A DNA stretch of 64,000 nucleotides from the human T2T-CHM13v2.0 reference genome, Homo sapiens. The notes beneath the pieces were generated by a model. The model searched no databases. It worked only from the letters and a program-made list of their open reading frames with translations, and was not told the DNA's origin. The stretch's first letter is position 1, and each line of letters begins with the position of its first letter. This document shows positions 16,804 to 34,199 of the stretch, piece after piece. The translations under genes were made by a program, and so were the position numbers. Location of the stretch: assembly GCF_009914755.1 (NCBI RefSeq), contig NC_060934.1; one strand, given 5' to 3'.

Positions 16804-17058
16804 GAGGCCAAGGCAGGAGGATCGCTTGAGACCAGGAGTTCGAGATCAGCCTGGGTAATACAGTAAGACCTCTGTCTCTAGAAAAAATACAAAAATTAGC
16901 CAGCCATAGTGGTGCATGCCTATAGTCTTAGCTACTGGGGGGCTGAGGCAGAAGGATTGCTTGAGTGCAGGAGTTCGAGGCTGCAGTGAGCTATGATGGT
17001 GCCACTACACTCCAGCCTGGGCAACAGAGCAAGACATAAGTAAAGAAAAACAAAGAAA
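16804..17058 (+). mobile_element. Alu (AluJ, 5' truncated)
   Basis: Alu sequence from GAGGCCAAGG. Confidence 0.93.
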
Positions 17059-17213
17059 GGTACTGGTGGGTGATGATGCATTTGGACAGTGTCCATGCAG
17101 CAGTTATTGTTGGTTGCCTACGAATTCCATCTTTTTAGTTTTGTCTGCCTCTCCATCCCTGTTGATTCCTTGGGGTAAGGAGAACTCTTTCCCTTTCATG
17201 TTTTAGGATGCCT

Positions 17214-17268
17214 GGGATGGGTGCGGGGGACGGGCGGGGAGGAAAGGGCCCTTGCATAATTTGCAAAG
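17214..17268 (+). promoter_or_regulatory. G-quadruplex-forming motif with GC box and adjacent C/EBP-like site (candidate)
   Basis: GGGATGGGTGCGGGGGACGGGCGGGG; then TTGCATAATTTGCAA. Confidence 0.4.
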
Positions 17269-19930
17269 CCTTCTTTGGTTATTCTGAGATTTTTTTTTCT
17301 CCTCTCTGCATCGTGATCATAAGCCCCAATAACACAAGCTAGACTCCCATGCCTTCAGATAAATGATGCTGGTATTTCTGGAGTCTCACTTCTCCAGAAT
17401 ATCAGACTCCAGCTTTGCAGACCTGAGATTTTTTTATAAATGAAAACCTGATTGGATCTACCTTTACCTACCTATGAAATGTCACCAATTAACCTGGTAT
17501 CAAAGCAGAGTGCAGTGGGTATGTAGCGGCATCTTCTGTGAGATCTGGTGCTCATTAGGTAAGCTACCTTAATGTTTCCATCATAGCAACCTACTCAATT
17601 AAAGCTTCACTAGGACAATCACCAATTTATCCATAAAGTGCCCCTCACTGGAGGGAACCTTTCACCTTGCCTTCCAGAGCCAGCAAGACTCATTTAGAAT
17701 TCATTTTCAATTTTCTCCCAGATTCTCTATCTCCAAAACATAGGATTTAAGACTTAATGCTCCCAAGCTGCAGCATTTCAAAGACAGACTGAAGTAGCAT
17801 CTAAGTTCCAGGTTAAAAAAAAAAAAAAATCCAAAGGTGTCAAACATTAAAGTGAGCCACTTTTCTGCCTAAACTGATAGATATCTTTATGAGACTTAAA
17901 AATGACTGAAGCAACACCTTCAATATTTTCAATGAACTGCAATACAATGACCCCGTTAGTTGCTTTTTCAGTATGTCCGTGCTGAAGATTTTTACCTGCA
18001 CGCTCTCTCCCTCTACAGAGGACCTTACTGCCACATCTGCCATATCACATCAACAGTAGTGAATGTCCTTTGCAAATGCAAATATTTGTAAAATGTTCTC
18101 AGACTGGGTGGGGACAGAGTTTGCTGATAGTTTAGAATAATTACAGGGGCTCTATGCACAAATGTCAACACAGAAAAAATTAGCAGAAAATGAGGCAAAG
18201 TGACAATACAAATGGCCAGATTCCCTATTATCACTTGCTGTACATCTCACAAGACAGCTGATTCCCCGCTCTGTATGGGTTCCAGCATCCAGTGATTTAT
18301 TGGGTAATTCAGCATTTGCTAGCATGTCTTGTGCTAATTAAATGCATCGCACTCTATTCAGAAATGTCACAATTGATTTGTCTTCTGCAAGCACTGACTT
18401 TATTTCAATCTTCTGGAAAAGACTTTATGAGCCCCAGATAACTTATCCTGGCACATTCATCTCCCAGGGTAGCTTCTGGGAGTGGGGGCAGTAAGACAGG
18501 AAACCCCTAGCGAACATTTAATGCAAATACATTTGAGGACGTCTTATTTATCCATCATATGCCATGTGTCTGAGTAATAGCGTAGGTATGGCAAAATTAC
18601 AAACTGCTCCATTAGCCTGTAAAAGCATTTAAACATGACAGAAGTTAATGTGAAATGATATTGGCAGAACTTATTGGATGCTGTTAGATCAATCCCAGAA
18701 AACATGTACTTCGAAAGTGGGTTATTTATTATGAGGTGTTTACTTATTCACAAATTGATTTTGATGAAATTTAGCTATTAACTAACTTGCATACAAGAGG
18801 AAATCTCATAATGTCATTTCAGGGGCAGGGAGGGGGAGAGAAAGTATATGTAGTGGACATTTTAGGAGATGTAACACATCTCACAGTCACATAGAACAAC
18901 AAAGCGAGGAAGACAAATCAACTAGCTGTTTTTTTTAACTCCAGGTGGATTTCCCCCACTGCACTTCACCTTCTGAACCTAGTTGCAGCCTCCAGGTTCG
19001 CTATGTTCTTTAAGGATCAGCTACAGGAAAAATATCCAGCTTAGTCCAGGGGAAATTAAAATTCAGCCTCAAACAGCCACTGCTTATGAATTGATAATCA
19101 TGCCACAGAAAAAGAAAGACGACCACATATGTCCCATTGGAAAAGAGTCATTACTGCAAATATAAGACGAGGAAAAGATTACTCAAAGAAGAGCCGCCAT
19201 GCAGCCTTCAGCAGGGAAATTTTAGGAGGCATTTTCCTGGAAATTAGTAACTCACTAGCATGGACTACTCCATGTGTCTATTTATGTTGATATTTGTGTT
19301 TGAGTGCAAAACTGCATCCCTGAATAGTAATAATATCAACTTTCAGAGTCCATTTGGTCTTCTATTAAAGACATACCTTTCCTGTGAAACCAACTAGAAT
19401 GCTAACCCCTAGGGCAGGGCTCTTCAGAGTTCAAGTAGGTGTCCTATTAAAATGGCCATTGCCTTTTAGTTCCTATGTATTATACAGAAAGTCAATATGT
19501 GAGACTAATTCAGTTATTCAGAGGTCCTTAGAATCAGCCATCTCACCCAGCTTCTAAAATAGTGCAATTAAATATTTTTCAAGTCACTCCATGAGATTTG
19601 GTTTGTGAATAACTAAAGTAAATAATCTACAAACGTCTATTGGAAAATTCTTCGGCAAAAATACAAAAGCAAAGTATAAGGTAACAGTTTACGAATTTCT
19701 CATGCCTCTCGACTTTAAAGTATACTATTCTTTTCATTTCACAGAAAAACCAAGATGCAGATGCCTTAAGTGACCATACTTCATACTTAAAAGTACACAG
19801 AGAGGTGCAAAATAGCAGAACTGAAATGAAAAAAACAAAATGAAAAAAAACAGCCTTCCAACTCTCATTTCCACCTCTTTACACCATAGCACAGTAGAAA
19901 CTATTGTAGGTCACTATATAAACAAAATCA

Positions 19931-20258
<328 letters not shown>

Positions 20259-20293
20259 TTATTTAGTTTAATATCATATCTTCTTTTTAACAA

Positions 20294-20425
20294 TTTTTTT
20301 TTTTTTGTAGAGATGGGGTCTCATAATGTTGCCCAGGCTGGTCTCAAACTCCTAAGCTCAAGTAATTCTCCCACCTCAGCCTCCTGAAGTCCTGGGATTA
20401 CAGGCAAGAGCCACCATGCCAAGCC
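20294..20425 (-). mobile_element. Alu monomer (FLAM-like)
   Basis: Left-arm only. Confidence 0.88.
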
Positions 20426-20453
20426 TAATATACTATCTTCTTAAACACTGAGG

Positions 20454-20850
20454 TGTAGTGGACGTTGGGCTGTGCTACCCAGATCTCCCCATCAGAATTG
20501 AAGGACTCACTCTCCAACTGCTGGAAATATTGATGACAGAATCCCCAGCACTGATCCTTTTCCAGGAACTGCCCTTGGTCAAAGGTTGCATGCCTTCCAG
20601 AGGGAAGCCCATTTCCAGTGACTGCCCCAAAGAGGAGTGGCAAGTCTTGACTCCTTGCCTCAAGGTGGGGTGACACTGAAGACATCTCAGTTTAGAAGTT
20701 CCTGTGGGAATCACTGAGCTCTCTATTATGGCTGTGTTGCAGCTGGACTTCTCCATTGATCCCATTTGGCTTCCCTACCTTTCGTACATGTAAATTTCCT
20801 AATAAACCTCCTGGAAGCTCATCTCCATCTGAGAACCTGTTTACCATTGA
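20454..20850 (+). mobile_element. LTR16-like ERVL LTR
   Basis: TGTAGTGG...CCCAGATC start; CCTAATAAACCTCCTG...TCTCCATCTGAGA 3' block. Confidence 0.65.
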
Positions 20851-21138
20851 ATGGGGCCTCTGAAAATAAGCATCAGACTGAGCCCAAAGGTCAAAGAATT
20901 TCACATTTTGAGTGCACTAGAAATAAGAACGTAACTATATATTTTTGAAAGAATATTTTTACCAATTTTTATCTCCCTATTTTTGGTTACATATAATTCA
21001 CACTTACTTTGTTAATCACTCGTTCTACAATTAGGTGTAATAATTATTTGAGTTGTAGGTTCACAGTAATAAAACAACTCATACAGATTGTAACAAATCA
21101 AAAATATAAATAGGTTTGAGAGTTTAGATATACATTTC

Positions 21139-21255
21139 TTTTTAGATGGGGTCTTGCTATGTTACCCAGGCTGGTCTTAAACTCCTGGGCTGAAGTGATC
21201 CTCCAGCCTCAGCCTCCCCAAGTGCTGGGATTACAGCCGTGTGCCACCACACCTT
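21139..21255 (-). mobile_element. Alu monomer
   Basis: Left-arm only. Confidence 0.85.
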
Positions 21256-21306
21256 GCAAAACATATGCTTTTATTACCCACAAAAAGAAAAAAAACATGA
21301 AAAGCA

Positions 21307-21620
<314 letters not shown>

Positions 21621-23020
21621 TTATAAAAATTATAAAATGTAAATTTAAAAAAATACCTTTCTTTAAACTCAGCATCGTAATAAGAGTTTACTCAGTGGTT
21701 TGGGGAAAATGTGCAAATAAGTAAGAAAGCAAATTAAATAATTATCCAAATGATGGTGGAGACATAAAGTACCAGTAGGTTCTTAAAAAATGAATTTTTA
21801 AATGAATCTAGAGATTACAGTTCTACAAAAGATAATCAGGTAAATAAACCCCCAAAAGCATTTGTGGAAATTCAATACTTATTTATGATAAGAAAGAAAT
21901 GTTTACCAAATTAAGAATAGAAGAGACTTAATTAATCTGACAATGTTTCCCCCAAATCCATAGTTAATTGTGAAATATTCAAAGCTTTCACCATGTTGAG
22001 AAAAAGACAAAGATGTTAATAGCAATTTTACTGAAAATCATATAGGTCTAGCTAGTGTAATAAGGCAAGAAAAATAAGGTATGCATTAGAATTAGAAAGC
22101 AAAAAAAATTGTTCATTATTTGTAGTTAAAATGATTTTCACAGACAACATGCAAAAGAAAGAAAGATTATTAGAAATAGTAAATAAATTCAGCAAGGTCG
22201 CTGGTTCCAAGATTAGTTTATAAAAATCAATTGTATTTCTAAAGATCAGCAACAAAAAATAGAGTCTAAATAATTATGCTATTTAAAATAGCATCAACAA
22301 ACATAACAAGTTAGAGATAAATCTAAGAAAAGATGTGTAAAAGTTCGATACTGAAAATTGTAAGATGCTACTGGGAGAAATTAAATAGGATTTAAGTCAA
22401 TGGATAAATATATTTATGGTTTGTAAGAACAATACTATGAAAGTTTCAGTTAATGAAGCTAAATATATACTTTCCTTATGATATAGCCATTCCACTCCCA
22501 GGTATTTATGGAAAAAAAAAACATATCCACAGAAACACATTCATGAATGCTCATACCAGCTTACTTATAATAGCCAAAAACTAGAAATAACTCAAATATT
22601 CATTAATAGCCAAGTGAATAAACAAATTGTGATCTGTTTATACACTGGAATTCTAATGAGCAATAAAAAAAGACAAACCAATGATAGACACACAAGAAGG
22701 ATACATCTCAAAAACATGATGAATAGAAAAACAGACTTAAGAATAAATAGGTTGGGTGCAGTGGCTCACACCTATAATCCTAGCACTTTGGGAGGCTGAG
22801 ACAGGTGGATCCCTGGGCCCAGAAGTTCAAGACCAGCCTGGGCGACATAGAGAGATCCTGTTCCTACAAAATAATTTAAAAATTTAGCTGGATGTGGTGG
22901 CACACACCTGTGGTCCTAGCTACTTGGGAGGCTGAAGTACGAGGATTTCTTAACCCAAGAGTTCAAGACTAGAGGAACCAATGACTGTGCAACTGCATTC
23001 CAGCCTGGGCACAGACAGGT

Positions 23021-23477
<457 letters not shown>

Positions 23478-24109
23478 ACAGGTCTTTTCAGACACTGTCT
23501 CAAAAAAAATTACAAGAATAAATACTATACATTTCCATTTATATAAAATTCTAGAACAGGCAAAACTAATCTGTAGTGACAAAGCAGATCAGTTTATGCC
23601 TGGGGCTGGTATAGAGAGGAGCTAGGCAGGGAAGAGAACTTTTTGGTGTGATGGATATGTTCTTTAACTTGATTGTCAAGATGATTACACAGCGATATAC
23701 AATTTTCAAAACTCAAACTGTACACTTAAAATGGGTGCAATAAATTGTATTTCAAAAGTACAAATTTTAAAAAATTACCATTTATAGGCATACACAGAAT
23801 GAGAACTCATTCTACATAAACTCAGTGTACTCAGAAGATATATAGCAACATGCTATCTCCAGGAACAAAGAGATCTTGCAAATTTTAAATGAGTATTTAA
23901 AATTCTGTATCAGGATTCCAGCAGAAAGTACAAAGAGATGACATACACAAATTAGGTCATCTGAGGAGAATTTAATAAAGGGGTTATTTTAAAGACACAA
24001 GCAGAGCGTAAGAAAACCGTAAGAGAAAGTGCAGTAACAGAGGGCTAACAGCCCCAAGACCACAGGCACAAGGAAGGAAGTGGCCACCAGGATAAAGAAG
24101 AGTCCTGTA

Positions 24110-24413
<304 letters not shown>

Positions 24414-24765
24414 AGGAGTCTTGTAGAGAGTACTACCTTGATAGAATCTTTAGGAGGGAAATAGCCAGCTAGAAATGACCTGCAGGGAGAGGTGCAGGGA
24501 GGAGAGAGAAATATCCAGACTCACTCTCCCCACTCCCTCCTGTCTCCTGCTCTGTCTCCCACTTTGCTGAACACACCTGGAAGCCAGAAGGCAAGGTGCT
24601 CAGTCATGTCCATACAGACCAGCCCCTTGGGTACCAAGTACAGACAGAAGCGTGAATGCGGAGAGGCAAGTAGAACATAAAGAGTGTAACTTCCAGCTCC
24701 TTCCATCCTCTCACTGCCCCCCAGTTTTTATTTGGTAGATAAAGAGTGGGCTTAGGAATTTGAAT

Positions 24766-24940
24766 CTTTTTTCTTTTCTTTTTTTTTTTTTTCTTTTCTT
24801 TTTTTTTTTTTTTTTTTTTGGTGGAGACAAGGTTTCCCTATGTTGCCCAGGCTGGTCTCAAACTCCTGGCCTCAAGCAATCCTCCTTTCTCAGTCTCCCA
24901 AAGTGCTGGGATTACACATGTGAGCCACAGCACACTGCCA
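24766..24940 (-). mobile_element. Alu monomer with long poly-T
   Basis: Left arm; TSD AGGAATTT(G/A)AATCTTT. Confidence 0.88.
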
Positions 24941-27174
24941 GGAATTTAAATCTTTAAATGCTATATAGGTCAAGTCCAAAAGAGCTTAAGGAAAAAAAAG
25001 AGAGTAAAACAAAAGTGATATGGGTGATCCTGATGACAAGTGCATGTCCTTGGATCACTTCACGAAACTTCTGCTCTGAGTTGATCATCAGCACTTAAAA
25101 TGTGTAATATGTCTACCTGGACACCAAGTCTCATGAGTGTCTAATCTTCATTATACTTACTGTAGATTCCATTCGCCTAAGAATGGAAAAAGGCATTGAG
25201 TATTTATAAATCATGCTTTCTGGGTGTCTGATGGAATCAATACTGCAGGCAAAGGCACTTCATTGACTGTTGGACACTTAGAAAATTAAAGTATTGTATC
25301 TGGAACACATGGAAAGATAAAAGCAGGCTCTTTCCTCTCTAGGAGTTAAGGAGCTTACAGCTGAGGTCTTTATCCTTGAAGCCTCCAGTAAGGAAGCCCC
25401 GAAGGTCACAAGAAACATGAGAAATCATCAATGTCAAGCTACTCAAGTGTTCAACAGATAAGATGACAGAATCATCGGATAGTCACAGGCAGGGACATTT
25501 TCCCATAAATACAGCAGCTGTTAGGAAAAGAGATCAGTTTTGCTCAAAGCCACACTTTATCTTTTAGAGGCGGGTCTCAAAATAACTACAAGAGTGACAG
25601 ACATTCGTGTTCAGGTTCTAGGGAGAAAAGTTCAAGACTTTTCCCCAGAGGTAAGTCACATGGCCCCCACGTAAAACTATCCACATTAATTTCACTCACA
25701 GTCAAGTGAGAAAAATTCAGTAAACTTTAACATCAGCACAGACGCAATCCCATTTTTACAAATGTGTGTTTTCATAGTATAAAAAGCTGTGTGTTTTTAA
25801 ATACTTACAAGGAAAAAATAGAACTGAGTTGGTAAGTTCTGTAAAGAACGAACTTTGCATGTATTTTAATCCCAAATTCACATAATAACAGTATGATGCA
25901 TACCTCATATGATAAGACTGTTACTAACTCATCTAGAGTGCTTCCATTTTCATGTAAATACCCAAGTAGGTACATAATATTTTTGTAGAGAAAGAGTACA
26001 TAAATATGTTCATCGCTAAAATGACATAAAATCTAAGCACAATTTTAGTAAAAATGACACCTCTAAAATGTCTCTAAGTTTCCCCACAGTAAGACATCAA
26101 CCCCACTTTTTTTTTTAAAGAAGAGTGGTTATTATAAATTCCACCCTCTAATTCCTTTTTGTTTTCTTGATCAGTATTTGATGCAATTCTACTACCAGAG
26201 TGTCTGTTTTTATAGACAAGGACTATGAGAGACACAGCAACTTCTTGAGTCAAGGAACTTTGAATATGGAACCACAATTAACCAAACAGAAATACATGGG
26301 TCAATTTCTGCGAGGTCAGTACAACGTAATTTCTGCCATGTTTCTATAAAATCTTCTCTAGAATTCAGTAGGGAAATGAGAGTAACTGTCTCCCTTTAGA
26401 TGCTCCACTCTGCCTCATTCTAGACCTGCTGCTAACATCTGGGGAATAGAAGGTTAAGTTGACAAATGTAGACAGATATAATATTTGTTTAAATATTTTC
26501 ACATTAAAAATCCAGCCAAAAATCTACAAAATTATTTATTGTTCCCCCGCCTTCACAAATATATCTTAATAAAAAACAGTATATTAAGCTATGAATTTTA
26601 TGTGACTAAAAGTCAGTAAAACAGAAGGTGGCTGAATTTAATTATTTTTGTATATGTCCAAATATTTTGTCAATGCACCAGTGATGATTAGATGAGTAAT
26701 AACATAATGATATATACTTCATAAATTAGAGTTTCATAGTTTCTTTGCCTTTCCACAAAAATCAATAATTATGCTATTATAATGAAGATATTTACATAAT
26801 TTTTGCTCAATTATCAATCATCACCTAAAGAATTTTTAAATTTTTTAATTGTGTCCAAAACTTGAGCATATTTTATCTAAAAGGAAAATTAATATAAATG
26901 CAAAAAATCAAATATTTGTACGTTCTTTTAAAAAAGGTGTTTTCTTCTATAATAGAGATTAATTAAAATCAAGGGAAAATACACATTATAATTAATGTAT
27001 ATGACAAGTTTAATTAACTAAATTTAAATAGTTTTTGAAAATTTAATTCAATCTCATTAAGTATACTCATAAAAATGAAACTACTTGTAATTCTAGACTT
27101 CAGTGTTCACTTAATTGCCATTGTAAAGAATTTATATCTGCTTTATACTCCTAAGCCTACATATATGTAGAAAC

Positions 27175-27657
<483 letters not shown>

Positions 27658-27959
27658 TGAAGAATGACATGACTCATTTAATGCAACAAAATGCTCCTTT
27701 GCAAATACCCGCCTGTCTTGTAAATTCCATACTGCTTAGTACCTCTAGAACCATGAGTGGGGAAAGGAAGGAAAACTAAAAACTAACCTCTTGGTTCTAC
27801 TGAGGTTCAGTTTTTAGCTTTGAGTTCTCAGTTTTTAGGTTCTACTTGCTATACAAGAATCTATTGGGTGTATACCATTTGAGAGGAAAACTTTGGTAAC
27901 TTAATTCTTTTGTCTTCCCATTAATTAGGTACATCCACTATTCAAAGCCCAGTCCCATT

Positions 27960-28767
<808 letters not shown>

Positions 28768-28948
28768 TCACTGCAGTTGTTTATGATTGTGGATGTAGCC
28801 TTGGGGATTCTGAGTACCTACATTTATTTGTGGCATAGATTTGTGATAATTTTCTCTCAAGTTCACGGTCGGGCTTAGATCAGAGAACCTCGCCCCACTA
28901 CCCCACCAACAAAAATGTTTAAACTGATGTAACTAAATCCACAACTTA

Positions 28949-29235
<287 letters not shown>

Positions 29236-29255
29236 ATCTTAAAACGGGGATTTTA

Positions 29256-29550
<295 letters not shown>

Positions 29551-29589
29551 TTGGGGGGGTAGATTTTTAGTTAGTTGTCCTCTAGTATT

Positions 29590-29772
29590 GAGGCTAAATA
29601 GAAAGGAATTTTAAATGTTCTCACCATAAAGAAGTGATAAATATTTGAGGTGATGGATATGCTAATTAGCCTGATTTGCTCATTCCACAATGCATACATG
29701 TATGGAAACATCCCATTGTACCTGGTAAGTATATATAATCCTCGTTTGTCAATTAAAACCAAAACAAAAAAA
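29590..29772 (+). mobile_element. L1MA 3' terminal fragment
   Basis: TTTTAAATGTTCTCACCA...GAGGTGATGGATATGCTAATTAGCCTGATTTG...GTCAATTAAAA. Confidence 0.85.
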
Positions 29773-29906
29773 GACTTAGGTTCAATTTCACCCAGAGTAG
29801 ACGAAAATGGTGATTCCTTTACATCTCAGGCCTTAGTTGTATCATTACATTTTTTTCTTAAGCATGGGAGTATCTTGAGTCATATCTTCCACCCATAGTG
29901 AGCATC

Positions 29907-30209
29907 TTTTTTTTTTTTACATGGTCTGGCTCTGTTGCCCAGGCTACAGGAGAGTGCAGCGTTGTGATCTCAGCTCACTGCAGCCTCAACCTCCCAGGCT
30001 CAAGCGGTCCTCCCACCTCAACCTCCTGAGTAACTGGGACTATGTGACTACAGGCATGCACCATCACACTCAGCTAATATTTGTATTTTTAGTAGAGACT
30101 GGGTTTCGCCATGTTGCCCAGGCTGGTCTCAAACTCATGACCTCAAGAGATTGCCTGCCTTGGCCTCCCAAAGTGCTGGAATTACAGGCGTGAGCCACCG
30201 CGCCTGACC
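29907..30209 (-). mobile_element. Alu
   Basis: Antisense dimer; TSD TAGTGAGCAT. Confidence 0.93.
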
Positions 30210-30604
30210 CTCTAGTGAGCATTCTAAAGAAAAAGCTTTTTTCTAGTTTTTAAACATGAAAGCATAAAGTGAATAAGCAAACTTTAAAAAATAAAATATT
30301 TAGTCCATGCTGTGCAGCACGCAGCTAAGCACTCTGCTCTTGTGTTCCTCAGAAAGACCCTAGGAAGGTAGCCAGGCGGCATCATCATCACCACCTCCGT
30401 TACACACGTGAGCACAACTCAGAGCAGCGCACCCACCTGCCCCAAGTCTCACAGCCAGTTAGAGCTTGGCCTAGACTTCAGATCAGGTCTGCTAGTTTCA
30501 GAACTCCTTGTCCTTATCGTTCCCTTTTTTGCTTGTTGGATATACCTGTGCCTGCTGTTTTGGTTCAAACAGCTTTCCTCCATTAACTTCATTTGTAAGT
30601 CAAC

Positions 30605-30908
30605 TTTTTTCCTTTTTCTTTTCTTTTTTTGAGATAGGGTCTGGCTCTGTTACCCAGGCTGGAGTGCAGTGCAATCATAGCTCAATGTAGCTTTGAACTC
30701 CCAGGCTCAAATGATCCTCCTTCCTCAGCCTAGAACTACAGGCATGCACCACCACCACCACGCCCAGCTATTTTTTTCAATTTTGTTCAGAGATGGGGTC
30801 TCACTGTGTTGCCCAGGCTGGTCTCAACCATTCCTGGGCTCAAGCAATCCCCCCAGTACAGCCTCCAAAAGTGCTGGGATTACAGGTGTGACCCACTGCA
30901 CCTGGCCC
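30605..30908 (-). mobile_element. Alu (AluJ)
   Basis: Antisense dimer. Confidence 0.92.
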
Positions 30909-31838
30909 TATCTCAACTCTTAACCCATTCCAATTATTCTTTTAAAATTTTTAATTCAGATACAATGTTTAAGCCTATTAAAAATAAATACAGCCTTGTC
31001 TGATATATACTTCTTTAAAAAAATGAAATTTTTCTATAACATTTTAAGCATATTTCGATAGAAATTAATGAGGAATTTAAACAGATATAAACATTTTTTC
31101 AGAGAACTTATAACATTAGTTCATATCTCATAAGATCAAAGAAAGACTTGGAAGATTAATGGAATTAACTTTAAAAAGTGATGAAATTTTCATAAGGTGG
31201 AGAGTCTCATAAGATATAAAACAAACTTAAATACAATTTAATGAATTTTGAAAGTGAAATTTTAGAGCCATCTGAAACTACCCTTAGTCCATCAAGTTCT
31301 TTGGCAAAGAAATAGATGTGTTAAAGAAACCTTACTAAACTTACCTATTAAAAGGCTTCTTTTAATAAGGAACCTTATTTTAAAAGAGTGCAAAGGTTCA
31401 AAACAACTGTAAGCTAATGTTTATGTCCATTTTTTGGACTTGTACATGACTCTCTGCACCTTGGCTCCACCAGTGGTTTTAACCTAGCCCAAATGGTTGA
31501 CCTTTATTTGAAAAGTACACAATCATCTACAGAAGTTCTTGATTCAGAGATGACTCATTGATGACTGCTGTTCATGAGCACTGACCGGTACAGATGGACA
31601 CCTGCTTTATGATTAACCTTTGTCATGGTCTCAGTTGACGTGGAGACTGAGAAAATGATTAATGAGTCAAGCATTTGTTTTCTCCTTTGCTTCTTATAGT
31701 GTCTGCACCAAGGGAGAATGCTATCACAACCAGAATGTAGACAAATGATGAACGGATGTTGCTGAGTTATGACAACAACATTTTGCAGGAACTACTGAAG
31801 CTATGGGAAAATGAATATGAAACAGAAATTAAGTTTTA

Positions 31839-32222
<384 letters not shown>

Positions 32223-32905
32223 TGACCTTTAAGAGAAAGAATAAAACTTCACCGACAAACAAATTCAGAAAAGTTGCTAGACAACAAAGCAATAGTAATA
32301 AAATCTACAATCCAAATAGTTTTGAGGCCATCAGCTAAAATTAAGGAATTTTCAATCATATTTTGAGCAGCTGTGATTTGCTTAACCAAATCTCATGAAT
32401 CATCACCATCATCTTCTGGAAGCATCTACTAAATGTCCATTAAGCGTGACTGTTTAGGTCCTGTTTATTTGGTGTATATGTGCATTTGCAGTGATTACAT
32501 GTTCTTAGTTTTTACCTAGCACATTACTTTGTTACACATTTAGTGCATAATACTTTGCTAGTTTTGTTAGGCTGACAAAGATCATCAGTTATAGGAATAT
32601 AGAAGAGGAAAACTTTATCAGAAATGGTCTAAAACATGTTGCTTAGTAGCTGTTCAAATGAATACATCTTGATAACATAAATTAAGACATAGATTATCAA
32701 GATGGCATCAAGGAAAGGGGCCGCTGAGTTTAACTTGCTCCCTGTAAAGGGAATGGTCAGCTTTACTCTCATCTCTTGAGGGGGGCTGCAGGGAAAACTA
32801 GCGGATGTAACAGCATCTAGTGATAGGTGGAAGAGAAACAGCTCAGTGTTCTGGGGGAGAAGAAGTCTCCAAGCAGGGTCTCAGCCAACTTAATAACACC
32901 CTGTG

Positions 32906-33197
32906 GGCTGGGTGCAATGGCTCACAACTTTAATCCCAGCACTTTGGGAGGACAAGGCAGGAGGATCACTTGAGTCCAAATGTTCAAGACTATCCTGGGC
33001 AAAATAGTGAGACTCCTGTCTCCACAAAATATTTAAAAATTAGCCAGGCTTGGTGGGATGCACCTGTAGTCCGAGCTACGAGCAGGCTGAGGTGGGAGGA
33101 TCACTTGAGTCCAGGAGGTTGAGGCTTCAGTGAGCCGTGTTCACACCACTGTACTTCCCGCCTGGGAGACAGATCAAGACCCTGTTTCTTAATAAAT
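32906..33197 (+). mobile_element. Alu (AluJ)
   Basis: Dimer; TSD AATAACACC(C/T)TGT. Confidence 0.93.
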
Positions 33198-34199
33198 AAC
33201 ACCTTGTATGTGTGCATCTGAGATAAATAGAAACCACGGGCTGAGGTACAGGAAGGTATAAAGGAAGGTGAAGTGTGGAGAGCCTTGAATAGAAATGGTA
33301 TTAAGGTGACTGTGGAAACCTGCGTGGTAGGGAGAGGCTTTGGTAGTGGATTAGAATATTCCAGAATGGGATGCTCTTCTTCTCTGCTGACATTCTTATT
33401 TGCTAGGCATGGAAATCCCAGTGGAAAAAGAGAGTTTGAACATAGGAATTAGCATAGCTGGAACTCTGTAAGACTAGTCCAATATACATTGAAGTTAGAA
33501 AATCTGAACAGCCAAGAATAGCAAGCAAAGCCAATGCAAGCCTGTAACCATAAAGTGCATTCAATTTAAGCCAGATGACTTTAATATTAGTCTTGCCTCC
33601 CTCCTCTAATCGACTGTATGACCACTCAGGGCAAGTCGCCTTGATGACTTTTACTTGAGGGCCTACAGACACAGCATAGAACAGCATGCACCAAATTGTA
33701 GCGATATTAACAAATTGGTCATGCCTATGAATCCACATAACTCTCATTAATGGCTTAGGTAGCCATCCTAAAATCACTGTTTGAAGACTTCAGAAGGAGC
33801 TCACAGAGGACTGCGGTGCTCAACCCCACAATGGAGTTCCCAGTATCAGAACAAGGTTGATTGAACAATGTCTGCAAAGACAGAGATGAGGTTCCTAAGG
33901 TCCAGAAAGCTGCCCATGAGTGGTTAGTTGGTCTATGGCAAAATCTCAGCAAGAACTGGGAAGAAAGGGAATGTGGTCTCCAGCCGAGCTGATGTCTAGT
34001 AATTTGTCTCTAAGAAGCAACAATTACTTTTCAGGTGTCCTAGCAATGAAGTCCTAAATGCATGCTGTATTCTAAAAATTTCCCAACTATTTGTTATCTG
34101 CAAATCCATTACTTGCAAATAGGTCCTCGCTTTTGGCCCTAAAACACTGAGATTCACCTCCTTCCTGTTAAATATCTAAAAAAGAACAGTGGAGCGGAA

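Noticed and set aside
25000-27170. Long AT-rich unique stretch as a possible 3' UTR or exon
   Set aside because: No supportable ORF, splice pair or family match from sequence alone
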